Assembly (NCBI GenBank): GCA_964580715.1
Contig: CAZOKU010000002.1
Location: 531-64,530 of the forward strand
From: an uncultured Rhizobium sp.
GTDB taxonomy: Bacteria; Pseudomonadota; Alphaproteobacteria; Rickettsiales; UBA1997
Direction: 5' to 3'
Length of the DNA stretch: 64,000 nucleotides
Part shown: piece by piece, positions 26,499-36,760 of the stretch
Layout: each line of letters begins with the position of its first letter
How positions within the stretch are numbered: the first letter of the stretch is position 1
Translations under genes and position numbers: made by a program
Notes under the pieces: model-generated
Told to the model about the DNA's origin: nothing
What the model saw: the letters and a program-made list of their open reading frames with translations, nothing else
Databases searched by the model: none

Positions 26499-28511
26499 TT
26501 AATATCTCCACACCACTTTGCCATAGACAGTTCTGCCAATTAAAGTTTGGCTGCTAAGTGATCCAGGTCTGAATTCCGAATGTGTTTGATCAAGTAAATC
26601 CTGAATTCCAATGCTTAGATCAACATTTTTTGTCGCTAAATAACCGATTCTAGTGTCAAATCTAAAATAAGAAGGAATTCCTCTAGGAGAAACAGAAAGG
26701 CCAGAAGCAGTTGAAGTGGAAAAAGAAGTAGGCAAACCGCTAACGTAATAAACTATATTATCAAACTCAATTTTAGAGGTCAGGTTATAAAATGATTTTA
26801 TCTTAAACTGACTTTGCGGTGATTGGCCTTCCGCAAATTGCATTGCAAAATTTGAAGCATAATTATCAGTAGACTTATTATTCAAATGCAAAGTCGTTTT
26901 TAAGAAATCATAATCGAACTCTAACTTCAAGTCATCGGTTGCTTGCCATTTGGTTGCAAGTTCAAATCCATAGGATTCACCATATCCGTTATTTCCAGCA
27001 ATAAACCCGCCTGTCGAGCTGCGATCAAAAGTTCTAAGCTGATTATATTGGTTGAAAAAAGTAGCTATATCTATGGTTAGACGATAATAAGGCTTAACCC
27101 TGTAACCCATCTCATAAGCAATTAATTTTTCGGAATTCATTGCTGTGCTTCCTTTTTGAACTCCAAGCAAATTTAAACCATCTTCATTTCTAGTCGGAGT
27201 TCTAACTGCTCTAGAAACTGACCACCAGATTGTTTGATTTCTAGTTGGATAATATGCAAGTTTCGCATTTGGCTGATGTTCAAAACCTGTAAAATTATTA
27301 TACAAGAACTTAGAGCCAACTGTTAAATAAAGTTTATCTGGAATCAGTCCAAATTTATTTTGAATAAAGCTGCTATAGATATAGCTAACCATATTATTTG
27401 GCGTATAATTAAGCGGAGTAGTTCCATTAGCAGTGCTTTCTTCAATATCATCTGAAATATTTCTATAACCTAAACCCCAAGTAAATTGGTTTTCTTTAGA
27501 AAAATTATAGAAATGCTGAAAATCCAAATCATAGGTTTTTGCACTTCTTTGCAGCACCGGAATGCGAAACTGATCATAATCAAAATATGCATCCAAAGTG
27601 AAATTTGATTTTTTAGAGAGTTTTTTATTCCAATTAACCACTAAATTAGCACCTTTAGAGCTTTTGTCATTTTGATCTGGATTGTTTAAAGTGGTATTAA
27701 AATAATTCTGTGCTCGACCGTCAAAAACATCACCATGAATTGATATCACACTATTTTGTATCGAAGAAATATCATATCTAAAACCTGCACGATCTTGCTG
27801 ATTTCCATCACGATTATAAGCTCTTGTTCTATAATTTTCTAGACCATCTCTTACTGATTTTTTATAATATAATCTGTAAGTATCATTGCTTGCGGTTTTT
27901 CCACCATAACGAGCCTCAGTAATTGATTTATCTTGATTTCCAATAATCTGCGAAACATAAGCACCTTGAGTTTGTGCCGCATTTTTAGTAATAATGTTAA
28001 TCACACCATTAACTGCATTCGCCCCCCAAATTGTTCCCCCAGGGCCTCTAACCACCTCGATTCTATCGATATCTTCTAAAACATAATCATGAAGATCCCA
28101 TAAAACTCCTGAAAAAACTGGCGTATAAACCGTTCTTCCGTCAATCATTACCAATAATTTGTTAGAAAATTGTCCGTTAAAACCTCTTGCTGAAATTGCC
28201 CATTTATTACCGTCAATTCTTGCAACTTGCAAACCCGGAACCATTCTTAAAGCTTCTGGAATTGAGGTTGCGCCAGACCTGCGAATGTCATCAGAAGACA
28301 AAACATAACTTGCTGAAGGAGCATCAAAAGAATTTTCTTTCTTTTTTGATAAAGAAAAAATTTCAGAATCAAAAAAATTCTGACTTGTTTGTTCTTCAAC
28401 AGAAGCTTTATCCTTTCCTGAAATTATGTTATTTGTTGCTGAATAAGCATTTGCAGAGCAGGTTAATAAAGCAAGAAAGTAGATTAATTTAGTAGATGAA
28501 TTAATTTTCAT
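26499..28511 (-). CDS. TonB-dependent outer-membrane receptor
   Basis: 670 aa. Signal peptide, plug domain (VLSSDDIRRSGATSIPEALRMVPGLQVAR...LLVMIDGRTVY, EVVRGPGGTIWGANAVNGVINIITK), a long beta-barrel and a terminal aromatic residue (VVWRY). Confidence 0.9.
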   Translation of the reverse strand: MKINSSTKLIYFLALLTCSANAYSATNNIISGKDKASVEEQTSQNFFDSEIFSLSKKKENSFDAPSASYVLSSDDIRRSGATSIPEALRMVPGLQVARIDGNKWAISARGFNGQFSNKLLVMIDGRTVYTPVFSGVLWDLHDYVLEDIDRIEVVRGPGGTIWGANAVNGVINIITKNAAQTQGAYVSQIIGNQDKSITEARYGGKTASNDTYRLYYKKSVRDGLENYRTRAYNRDGNQQDRAGFRYDISSIQNSVISIHGDVFDGRAQNYFNTTLNNPDQNDKSSKGANLVVNWNKKLSKKSNFTLDAYFDYDQFRIPVLQRSAKTYDLDFQHFYNFSKENQFTWGLGYRNISDDIEESTANGTTPLNYTPNNMVSYIYSSFIQNKFGLIPDKLYLTVGSKFLYNNFTGFEHQPNAKLAYYPTRNQTIWWSVSRAVRTPTRNEDGLNLLGVQKGSTAMNSEKLIAYEMGYRVKPYYRLTIDIATFFNQYNQLRTFDRSSTGGFIAGNNGYGESYGFELATKWQATDDLKLEFDYDFLKTTLHLNNKSTDNYASNFAMQFAEGQSPQSQFKIKSFYNLTSKIEFDNIVYYVSGLPTSFSTSTASGLSVSPRGIPSYFRFDTRIGYLATKNVDLSIGIQDLLDQTHSEFRPGSLSSQTLIGRTVYGKVVWRY

Positions 28512-28649
28512 TTTGATATAATTTTATCTTTTTAAAAAACTACGTAGTAAACATAGTTTTAGTTCTACAGGTTTAGCAAGAAAATAAGACCTTGTAGATT
28601 CTCTATTCAAGATAAAAAAATTTTTAATTATTAATAAAACATAACTGCC

Positions 28650-29594
28650 TCAAAAAGAAACAGGTGAAATTTCGTAAGTTTTTTCAAGAGACTCGTGAAT
28701 TTGCTTAGTTTCTTTATCAATTTTATATTTTCCTGATAAATCAATTTTGTTATTTGCTTTATCAAATTTGATAATCTGTATTCCACCAAAGTTTTTACGA
28801 GAGTTATATTGGTAAGGAAATAATGTTACGTAATATTCCTTGTTCAAAATAGAAGCTATAGAACAATTAATCGATCCACAAACCACGTCTTCTCCACTGC
28901 CCTCTTCTTTTCCAATGATAAGATGAGAAAAAACTCTAACCTCAACATCAATTCCTTCTAGCTCACTTGCAGAAATTATTCCGATAACTCGTGAGTTAAA
29001 TTCACAAGCAAATTTTTCTAATAAATCAAGATTAGGAACAATTGATCTTAGTGTTTTAGAATCTTTCAAACATAAAATATAATCATTAATCTCTGGAGAT
29101 CTATAAACTGCTGTAACGGCTTTTTCATCAACATTAAAAACTGCACATAATTTTTGACGTAAATAATCATCCTCATCTAGCCTAACTTTACATGTATCCA
29201 CTCTAATTGTGATTAAGTCATCTTTAATCAACACTTCCAAGATTCTATCACTTAAATGAAAAAATATTTTATCTGATTTTATATGATTAATTTCTTTGAT
29301 AACACTGGCTGCACATATTGTACCATGACCACATAAACCAAACTCTTTTCCATCTTTAGTGTAATAACGCAGATCAAATTCATTTGCTTTACTACGTGGC
29401 CTGATAAAAGAAGTGATTGGAAATTTTTCTGCAGAAATTTCTGACATTATGTCTTTGGTCATTTTTTCTTTCTTGGAAAATAAAACCACATTTGCCATGT
29501 TACCAACAGCTTCTGTGTCACCATAATTTCCAACAAAAGCATAGGATTTTTGCAATTTCATAAAGTTATATTTTAAATTTGATTTAAATGCCAA
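28650..29594 (-). CDS. PhzF-family (phenazine biosynthesis-like) isomerase-fold protein
   Basis: 314 aa; the true start may be the Met at 29561 (MKLQKSYAFV). The N-domain LRYYTKDGKEFGLCGHGTICAA and C-domain VVCGSINCSIA resemble the two-repeat PhzF/DAP-epimerase fold. I could not locate the usual catalytic Glu (S-E-T-A-F region reads ITSFI). Confidence 0.55.
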   Translation of the reverse strand: MAFKSNLKYNFMKLQKSYAFVGNYGDTEAVGNMANVVLFSKKEKMTKDIMSEISAEKFPITSFIRPRSKANEFDLRYYTKDGKEFGLCGHGTICAASVIKEINHIKSDKIFFHLSDRILEVLIKDDLITIRVDTCKVRLDEDDYLRQKLCAVFNVDEKAVTAVYRSPEINDYILCLKDSKTLRSIVPNLDLLEKFACEFNSRVIGIISASELEGIDVEVRVFSHLIIGKEEGSGEDVVCGSINCSIASILNKEYYVTLFPYQYNSRKNFGGIQIIKFDKANNKIDLSGKYKIDKETKQIHESLEKTYEISPVSF

Positions 29595-29826
29595 TTCTTA
29601 GAATTTTTGAGGAAAAATGACGACAAGGAATGTAAGATGTACCAAATGATACAGCATTATTTCTCGAGTAAATTTTTACCAAAAAAGTGAAGTAAAAAGT
29701 ATCAATAGATTTATGCTTTTTTATAGTTTAACAACTGACGCTTTAAGATTAATAAAAAATACCCCAAATCAAAGAGAACAACAAACAATAGATTGTTAAA
29801 ATTACAAAAAAACCTAGAAAAAATTT

Positions 29827-30705
29827 TTAAACCCGCGCACAAAATGGCGCAACATATGATTGACTAGAAATTCTTTCAAGTGCCATCTGCTTTGATTTTT
29901 CATCAATAAATTTTCTAACATCTTTCATCCTAATACCAGTTCCAGTTGAAAGAAACTTCGCTTTAGTAAGTTCTAAGACATTCACTGTAGGACCATTATC
30001 TTTTTTAATTTGCCCAACATATTCAAAACCACGACGCAAAATAATTGCTTGAGAGTTGTGATTATCAGAAATCGCAGTTGCAATGATTTTTTGTACCGAA
30101 GAGATTGAGAAACTTTGTTTTGCCATAACAGAAGAAACAATCAAAGGAACTGTACCACGATATTCTTTTTTAAACATATATCCGAAATCAAGAACCTCTG
30201 GTTCACCATTTTGATTTTTTTCTAAAACTGCTGCCATAATAAATCCCATCAATTCACCAGTTTTTTTAATTACCTTATAAGATAAAGGCTTCATAGAAAT
30301 TCTATTAGCTTCTGTTAAGATTTTAAAAGTACTTTCAATTTCTTCCTCACTTTTTGCAGAACGACAATCAAATAAAGAAACCGTTTTCATTATTTCATCA
30401 TCAGTCACGATTGCTTTATAATCTTCATAATCAGTTTTTGATTCTGGATCAAATGGCACCATAGTAAAATTATCAAAATGAATAATATGCTGATCTAAAA
30501 CAGAATTAGTAACACCGTTTGAAATGTTGTTATGGTCTATTGATTGCATATTATCTTGCTCTATCGCTTTTTCTTTATGTAATTTAGATATTGATTTTGT
30601 AAATTGCATAACTTTATTACTAACTGCATCACCTTGCGCTATAAAAGAATCAAAAGCAATCTCAAAATTATCGACAGTGTTTAGTGGCATATCTCTACTA
30701 GTCAT
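29827..30705 (-). CDS. Hypothetical protein with a C-terminal GNAT-like acetyltransferase domain
   Basis: 292 aa. The C-terminal half (GFIMAAVLEK...FGYMFKKEYRGTVPLIVSSVMAKQSF...ATAISDNHNSQAIILRRGFEYVGQ) resembles the GNAT beta4-alpha3 region. The N-terminal approximately 130 aa has no recognisable motif. Confidence 0.4.
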   Translation of the reverse strand: MTSRDMPLNTVDNFEIAFDSFIAQGDAVSNKVMQFTKSISKLHKEKAIEQDNMQSIDHNNISNGVTNSVLDQHIIHFDNFTMVPFDPESKTDYEDYKAIVTDDEIMKTVSLFDCRSAKSEEEIESTFKILTEANRISMKPLSYKVIKKTGELMGFIMAAVLEKNQNGEPEVLDFGYMFKKEYRGTVPLIVSSVMAKQSFSISSVQKIIATAISDNHNSQAIILRRGFEYVGQIKKDNGPTVNVLELTKAKFLSTGTGIRMKDVRKFIDEKSKQMALERISSQSYVAPFCARV

Positions 30706-31269
30706 AAAAATAAATATTTTAATTGGTTAAAACTAAAAATAGTTTTCAAAAGATTTGAGGTGACAAATAAAAAATTAGTGCTGACTTATAAAACAAAAAA
30801 CAACCTCAATGTTTCAACAAAACGCTGAAAAACTACCGAGAAGTGAAGCCTCTGTGGTTTTAGCATACAACAATTTCACAGGTCATTAATCCACCTAAAA
30901 AAGGCAATGTGTCAAAATGGGACGCAGGACTTCTGACCAACAAAAACGATAATCAGCAACTTTTAGTAAACTTTAAAACATGGAAAAACCCTTGATTTTA
31001 CTGATTAGATACCGTAAAACCTTTCCAGCATTGATTATTCCCATTTTGAGACAAAAGTCATTTTTGAGGCTAGTCTAAAGAATTACCAAAAAAATTTACC
31101 TAAGCAGAGATTTTTAAAAAATTATGTCCCTGTCGTAAATAAATCTTTTCTGAAAAATTCAATTTACAACACCAAGTCTGTAATAAAAAAATTAAAAAAA
31201 CATTTGACAGCTAGATAGCAAAACACAAATCTATGCAATCTAATTTTTTAAAAAATCTCTTTAAATTTA

Positions 31270-34185
31270 ATGCCAGAAAAAAGCACCATTGGTGCTATAA
31301 AATCTAAGATGAACAAACCTCACAAATCTCTTTTTAAGAAAAAAGAAAAAGCGATTTTGCCTAACATTTTTCAGCGTTTACACTATTACATACTTTTAAT
31401 TTTAATTGGAAAAGACGGCAGAGATTACAGAAAAATAAAACAAAAAAGCATCATTGATCCATCTTACCCCGGCAAGTTTCGCAGAATTCGCAAAAGGCAT
31501 GATCGTATTTATTCCAAACAGAATGTTAGAAATAAAAAATCCAGCATGGATTTAGGTCAGTCTTACAATATTTTTGCTTATGCTTTGTCGTTTCTTGTGC
31601 TTGGTTGGCTTGCTCTAAACGCCTTTTTAGTATATGTAAATTTTTGGTCAAATCTTGATAAACAAATAAAATTCCAAAGTGGCGTCATTGAAAAAGCAGC
31701 CTCTTCTTTATTCAGCGCAGTTGATAATTATCTAAACTATATCGGAGACAAGCTTTTGGTGGTGCAAGGAGAGCAAAATCCTCAAATGATCGCTAATTTT
31801 TTAAAAAGAACTCTCAACAAAGACATTGGTCAAAAAAACGTTTCTTCTTGGATCAACATTGATTTTGCTGATGCCAATGGCAACATCATCGTTAAATCAG
31901 ATGCTGGAGTTTTAAAAAAGCCAACTAAAATTGCCGAATATTTTCCCTATGAAGAATCCTTAAAAAACACTGCTTGGCGATTAAAAATTGGCAAGTTAAA
32001 ACATATTCAAAATGATTACACAATTTATGAAATGATTCCCGTTGCAATGCGTGTCGATTATGACAGCTTGAAAACGATTGGAACTTTTCTTGCTGCTGTT
32101 CCAACTGAGGTTGTGCAAAGGCAAATTGATTGGGTTTTTGGCGATGAAGACATATGCTATATTGTGGTTGATCGCAGTTATGACTTGCTTGCTTATTCAT
32201 CTGGTCTTGATCGCGTTTCCTACAATAAAGAGCAGTTGAGATCCAAACAATTTTTACACGAACCAATCGAACAAAGAAAAGGGCCGCTTGACGATTTTCT
32301 GCCCGCAAGATTTGAAATTAATGATTGCGTAATTTCACATTTTCAACGCTCAACAGATTATTCAATCACCAATTTAACTGGTTATAATCGTGGAAACGCC
32401 TATCGCAACCTTACCTACCAATTGTTTGCGTCCGTTGGTCAATCTTTAATTTTAAGTATCGTCTTTATCATAATTATCCACTTCTTCCGACGCTGGAAAA
32501 TTGGACCATTCGTCAACGAATTAATTGGTGCAAAAACTGCTGCAGAATCTGCCAGTATCGCAAAAAGCCAATTCTTATCTAACATGAGTCATGAGCTTAG
32601 AACACCAATGAATGGAATCATTGGAATGAGCCAGGCACTTTGTGAATCAGGCAAATTAAAAAATGAAGAATTAGATCAAGCAAGCACAATTTACCGCTCT
32701 GCAGAGTCACTTTTAATGATTTTAAATGATATTTTGAATTTCTCCAAAATTGAAGCCAGAAAAATTGAAATTGAAAAAATCAATTTTGACCTCCAAGATT
32801 TAATTGATGATATTGCAGATTTAATGTCACCCACTGCAAACAACAAAGGCATAGAAATTGTAACCAAAATTTCCAAAGAAGTTCCAAATGCCTTGGTTGG
32901 AGATTCTGGAAGATTAAGGCAAATCATGAATAATTTGATCAATAATGCTATCAAATTTACTTATCATGGACAAATTTTTATTCATATAACTCTGGAACGA
33001 AACGAAAATGGAATCTTTTATGTTCACTTTAGCATTAAAGACAGCGGCATCGGAATTCCTTCTGATAAAATAAGTAATATGTTTAGAGTGTTTACTCAAG
33101 TAGACATGTCAACCACCAGAAAATATGGAGGAACTGGTCTTGGTCTTTCTATTTGCAAAGAATTGATTGAATTAATGCATGGAAAAATTGGTGTAAACAG
33201 TGAAATTGGAACTGGTTCAAATTTTTGGTTTACCATTCCATTTACTAAATCAGAAGAGGAATTGGACTCAGTAGAAAATTATTCTGTTCAAAAACAACAA
33301 ATTGCTAACAAGAAAGTTATCTTAGTTGAAAATAACGCCGTATCCGCACAAAACCTGTTAGAAGAGTTTGAAGACCTGAAAATACAAGCGTCAAAAATAA
33401 TTATTCCGAATAATATCAATAAAATTTCTGAAAAATCACAATGGATTTTTGCCGCAATAAAACAGACTTTTGAAAATAATAACCAGCAAGATGCAATAAT
33501 CATAAGCCATAATTTATATAATGGTGTAAATACAATAGAAATTGCAGAATTATTAAAAAACAATGATTCAACCAAAGCTGTTCCAATAGTAGCTTTGATA
33601 TCAGTTCAAGAAAAATTAAAAATCCCAAGTGACAAGCTAAAACTATTAGATCGTATAGTAATCAAACCAGTTAAGAGGAAGAATTTCTTATTGGCACTTT
33701 TCTTTGTCTTTAAAATTACTTACTACGAAGAAGAAGGAACTCTAATTAAAGAAGGAAAAGAAGTTACTCGCAGCGAAAGCTTACAAGGCTCAAATATGCG
33801 TGTTTTACTTTGCGAAGATAATGAAGTTAACATGAAAGTTGCGGTTACAATTTTAAAAAGATTTGGCTTCCAGCTTGATTTTGCTGAAAATGGTCAAGAG
33901 GCTTTAAATAAAACAATGCACATTAAATATGATATGATTTTAATGGATTGCATGATGCCAATCATGGATGGCTTTGAAGCGACTAAAAAAATTCGCGAAA
34001 TGGAAAAAGAACGAGGCGAAGAAAAAGCAACATTAATCGTTGCTTTAACTGCAAATGCCAGCGAAGAAGATAAAAACAAATGTCTAGAAGCAGGTATGGA
34101 TGATTTCGTCGCAAAACCAATCAAACGTGAAGCAGTAGAAGAAATGATTAAAAAATGGGTCAACCCAGATTTTTCACGCAAGTAA
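31270..34185 (+). CDS. Hybrid sensor histidine kinase / response regulator
   Basis: 971 aa. Two TM segments flank an approximately 260-aa periplasmic domain. H-box [11 protein letters not shown]-box [11 protein letters not shown]1 DSGIGI, G2 GGTGLGLSI, a degenerate receiver-like linker, and a C-terminal REC (LLCEDNEVN...[13 protein letters not shown]...VAKPI). The first 92 aa are very basic; Met93 at 31546, directly before TM1, is an alternative start. Confidence 0.9.
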   Translation: MPEKSTIGAIKSKMNKPHKSLFKKKEKAILPNIFQRLHYYILLILIGKDGRDYRKIKQKSIIDPSYPGKFRRIRKRHDRIYSKQNVRNKKSSMDLGQSYNIFAYALSFLVLGWLALNAFLVYVNFWSNLDKQIKFQSGVIEKAASSLFSAVDNYLNYIGDKLLVVQGEQNPQMIANFLKRTLNKDIGQKNVSSWINIDFADANGNIIVKSDAGVLKKPTKIAEYFPYEESLKNTAWRLKIGKLKHIQNDYTIYEMIPVAMRVDYDSLKTIGTFLAAVPTEVVQRQIDWVFGDEDICYIVVDRSYDLLAYSSGLDRVSYNKEQLRSKQFLHEPIEQRKGPLDDFLPARFEINDCVISHFQRSTDYSITNLTGYNRGNAYRNLTYQLFASVGQSLILSIVFIIIIHFFRRWKIGPFVNELIGAKTAAESASIAKSQFLSNMSHELRTPMNGIIGMSQALCESGKLKNEELDQASTIYRSAESLLMILNDILNFSKIEARKIEIEKINFDLQDLIDDIADLMSPTANNKGIEIVTKISKEVPNALVGDSGRLRQIMNNLINNAIKFTYHGQIFIHITLERNENGIFYVHFSIKDSGIGIPSDKISNMFRVFTQVDMSTTRKYGGTGLGLSICKELIELMHGKIGVNSEIGTGSNFWFTIPFTKSEEELDSVENYSVQKQQIANKKVILVENNAVSAQNLLEEFEDLKIQASKIIIPNNINKISEKSQWIFAAIKQTFENNNQQDAIIISHNLYNGVNTIEIAELLKNNDSTKAVPIVALISVQEKLKIPSDKLKLLDRIVIKPVKRKNFLLALFFVFKITYYEEEGTLIKEGKEVTRSESLQGSNMRVLLCEDNEVNMKVAVTILKRFGFQLDFAENGQEALNKTMHIKYDMILMDCMMPIMDGFEATKKIREMEKERGEEKATLIVALTANASEEDKNKCLEAGMDDFVAKPIKREAVEEMIKKWVNPDFSRK

Positions 34186-34893
34186 TTCTATCAACTCACG
34201 ATGATCGAAATATACTGGCAGAGCCCCTTCTGAGTTTTTTCCATTTTGCAAAATATCTTTTGGAATGGTCTTAGAAATTGCATGAGAAAAATGACCATAA
34301 ACAATTGGTCTGCAACCAGAATTATAGGCACATTCCACATCAGCGATTGTGTCACCAACAAACCAAATTTCATCTTTTTTTGGATCAATATCAGAGCCCA
34401 TTAAAGCAAGCTCTAATGGAGCTTTATCTGGTTTGTCATAGGCAGAATCTTGTGCCCCGATTATGGCAAAAAAATCTTTATCAACTTTTAATTTTTCTGC
34501 TTCTTTTCTAAGCGTTAGGCCAATTTTGTTGCTTACAATAAATTGTAAAATGCCTTTTTTTGTAATCAGATCAATTAATTCTCTTGCGCTGGGTAAAAGC
34601 TCTAGACGCTCTAGGTTAATTGAGCGATAGGTTTTTTTATAAATTTCACCTGCATCTTGCCAATTATCACCGAAAATTTCTGGAAAAGATTCGCGCATTG
34701 ATTTATGCACATTATCTCGCACTTTTTCTAAACCCCAAGGCTCTTTTCCCATAGAAACCATTGTGGTGTCTATAGAAGTTTGAATTAATGGCCAGGTGTC
34801 AACTAAAGTGTTGTCCCAATCAAAAACAATTGCCTTTGGTGGATATTTTTTTAGTGCAGCAAATGCCTGCTTATTTGCTAAAAGTTCATCCAT
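34174..34893 (-). CDS. HAD-superfamily hydrolase (phosphoglycolate phosphatase-like)
   Basis: 239 aa. Motif [12 protein letters not shown], motif II IVSNK, motif [13 protein letters not shown]. Confidence 0.75.
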   Translation of the reverse strand: MDELLANKQAFAALKKYPPKAIVFDWDNTLVDTWPLIQTSIDTTMVSMGKEPWGLEKVRDNVHKSMRESFPEIFGDNWQDAGEIYKKTYRSINLERLELLPSARELIDLITKKGILQFIVSNKIGLTLRKEAEKLKVDKDFFAIIGAQDSAYDKPDKAPLELALMGSDIDPKKDEIWFVGDTIADVECAYNSGCRPIVYGHFSHAISKTIPKDILQNGKNSEGALPVYFDHRELIELLA

Positions 34894-34899
34894 ATATTT

Positions 34900-35514
34900 T
34901 TAATTTAAAATGTTGCTGATGTAGTGAAAAACATTTAGACCCAACAAAACCATAGAAACTGAAATCGTAACTCCAACCAATCCAGTTATAATGCCAATAA
35001 TAACCACTAATCCATCTTTTCCAATTAAACCAAAAGAAATAATTAAAATTCCAAGACCCGGAATAAAGTTAGAAAGCGGCATCGGCAAAAGAACAAAAGA
35101 AGAAAAAATTAAAATAAAAAAACCAACTATTCTTTCCGCAAAACGAGAAATCATGAAAGAAAGACGCGGGCGCAAAAATTTTTCAATTTTTCTGATATAA
35201 GGCCCAGATTTCTGCACCAACATCGCAAGCACTGATCTTTTAACTGATAATTGGAAAAATCTTTTTGGCAATTTTGGCGAAGAACAGCCCATCACCATTT
35301 GCAAAGAAAATAAAACCAAAGGAATTGAAATAATGCTTGGAAAAGGAGGAGGAAGCGGAATTATCAAACCAAAAGCAAAAATCATCATCGCCAAACCAAA
35401 CCCAGCAGCATGCATTGCTTCAACCAAAATGTAGATTGGAATGCGATCTGAAGAAGAGTGATTAACCACATCTTCAATCGCTTGAGTTGTAATAATTTTT
35501 TTATGATCTGGCAA
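34900..35514 (-). CDS. ExoD-family membrane protein (exopolysaccharide synthesis ExoD-like)
   Basis: 204 aa polytopic protein. GFGLAMMIFAFGLIIPLPPP...SIPLVLFSLQMVMG and the size fit the ExoD family (from memory). Confidence 0.55.
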   Translation of the reverse strand: MPDHKKIITTQAIEDVVNHSSSDRIPIYILVEAMHAAGFGLAMMIFAFGLIIPLPPPFPSIISIPLVLFSLQMVMGCSSPKLPKRFFQLSVKRSVLAMLVQKSGPYIRKIEKFLRPRLSFMISRFAERIVGFFILIFSSFVLLPMPLSNFIPGLGILIISFGLIGKDGLVVIIGIITGLVGVTISVSMVLLGLNVFHYISNILN

Positions 35515-35531
35515 AATTTATCTTAACTTAA

Positions 35532-35711
35532 TTATTTGGAATTTTTATCAGAAGAATCTTTTTTATCTTCTTTTTCTTCGGATTTTAGGCCCTCTTTCAA
35601 ACCTTTTACACCTTTTCCAATATCCTTCATTACTTGCGGCAATTTTCCTGCACCAAATAAGACAAATACAATTACTAAAATTAATAATAATTCACCGATT
35701 CCAACTGACAT
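35532..35711 (-). CDS. tatA: Twin-arginine translocase subunit TatA/E
   Basis: 59 aa, below the ORF-track cutoff. The reverse complement reads MSVGIGELLLILVIVFVLFGAGKLPQVMKDIGKGVKGLKEGLKSEEKEDKKDSSDKNSK, with the canonical TatA TM helix, FG hinge and amphipathic helix. Confidence 0.85.
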   Translation of the reverse strand: MSVGIGELLLILVIVFVLFGAGKLPQVMKDIGKGVKGLKEGLKSEEKEDKKDSSDKNSK

Positions 35712-35723
35712 ATTTTTAAAAAA

Positions 35724-36665
35724 TTAATTAATTTCCAAAAGCTTTACCAACTCTTGCCACTCGCGTGCTGAAAGGCCACTTTCTTCTTGCCTAACTTTCT
35801 GACCCTTCAACATTTTCTTAACCACTTCAAGCGCCGGGCCAGAAAGATCTTGCCCTTCACGACGATGCTTAACGAAAGCTTCATAACAATGAGGCACCCA
35901 TTTTTTTACAATATCAAGCATAATTTCTGCGTAAACTCTAATTTCATATTGTGCGTGAGAATCAGCGCGTAAATTTAAAAAATGCATTAAATTGTGCAGG
36001 TCAATTTTCCAATACCACTGTGTGTAACAATTAAGCGGAAGATTCATGCGCGCCAATTCACGAGCAAGCCCTTCACGATTTGAATCAAGCACATTTCCTT
36101 TGTCATCTTGATTGATCATTTCAAGATAATGTTTGTATGATTTCAGTGAATCTTCTTTTAAAATTTGCAAAACTTTTTTCTGCTCTTCCACGTTTAATTC
36201 TCTGCTTTCATCACGACCTTGATGATTAATTTTTGATTGCGCTGAAAGATGTTTTGCTTGTGGAATGTAAAATTCGTCTTCCATGATTGAATAGCGCGCA
36301 GAATATTCATTAACAGAAGCTGTGCGATGGCGAATCCATTGTCTGGCGATAAAAATTGGCAATTTAATGTGGAATTTTATTTCACACATTTCAAGCGGAG
36401 TTGTATGACGATGTGCAATCAAATAATTGATCAAACCTTTGTCCGCATTAATCTTTTTTGTGCCAGCGCCGTAAGACACACGGGCCGCTTGCACCACTGA
36501 AGCGTCATTACCCATATAATCAACCACTCTAACAAATCCATGATCCAAAACTTCAAATGGTTTATAAAGAATTTTTTCTAACTCTTCTGAAACAGGGCGC
36601 AATGTTTGATTTGACTGGCTTCTAAGCTGATTGATTTCTTCAAGCTGTTCTTTTTTTATAGTCAT
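35724..36665 (-). CDS. thyX: FAD-dependent thymidylate synthase ThyX
   Basis: 313 aa. ThyX motif [14 protein letters not shown]. Confidence 0.9.
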   Translation of the reverse strand: MTIKKEQLEEINQLRSQSNQTLRPVSEELEKILYKPFEVLDHGFVRVVDYMGNDASVVQAARVSYGAGTKKINADKGLINYLIAHRHTTPLEMCEIKFHIKLPIFIARQWIRHRTASVNEYSARYSIMEDEFYIPQAKHLSAQSKINHQGRDESRELNVEEQKKVLQILKEDSLKSYKHYLEMINQDDKGNVLDSNREGLARELARMNLPLNCYTQWYWKIDLHNLMHFLNLRADSHAQYEIRVYAEIMLDIVKKWVPHCYEAFVKHRREGQDLSGPALEVVKKMLKGQKVRQEESGLSAREWQELVKLLEIN

Positions 36666-36760
36666 TTTGTTTACAATTCTTAAAAATTATTTAAAATATA
36701 TATCATTTCTAACAAATATTTTAATTTATTAAAGATTTTTTTGCTAATAAACTTAATTTA

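Noticed and set aside
28512-28649. Fur box upstream of the TonB-dependent receptor
   Set aside because: There are only generic AT-rich stretches (e.g. ttaattattaataaa). I cannot make a convincing match to the 19-bp Fur consensus by eye.
35536-35727. Plus-strand 63-aa ORF from the track
   Set aside because: The opposite strand encodes a textbook 59-aa TatA (MSVGIGELLLILVIVFVLFGAGKLP...). The plus-strand ORF is its antisense shadow.
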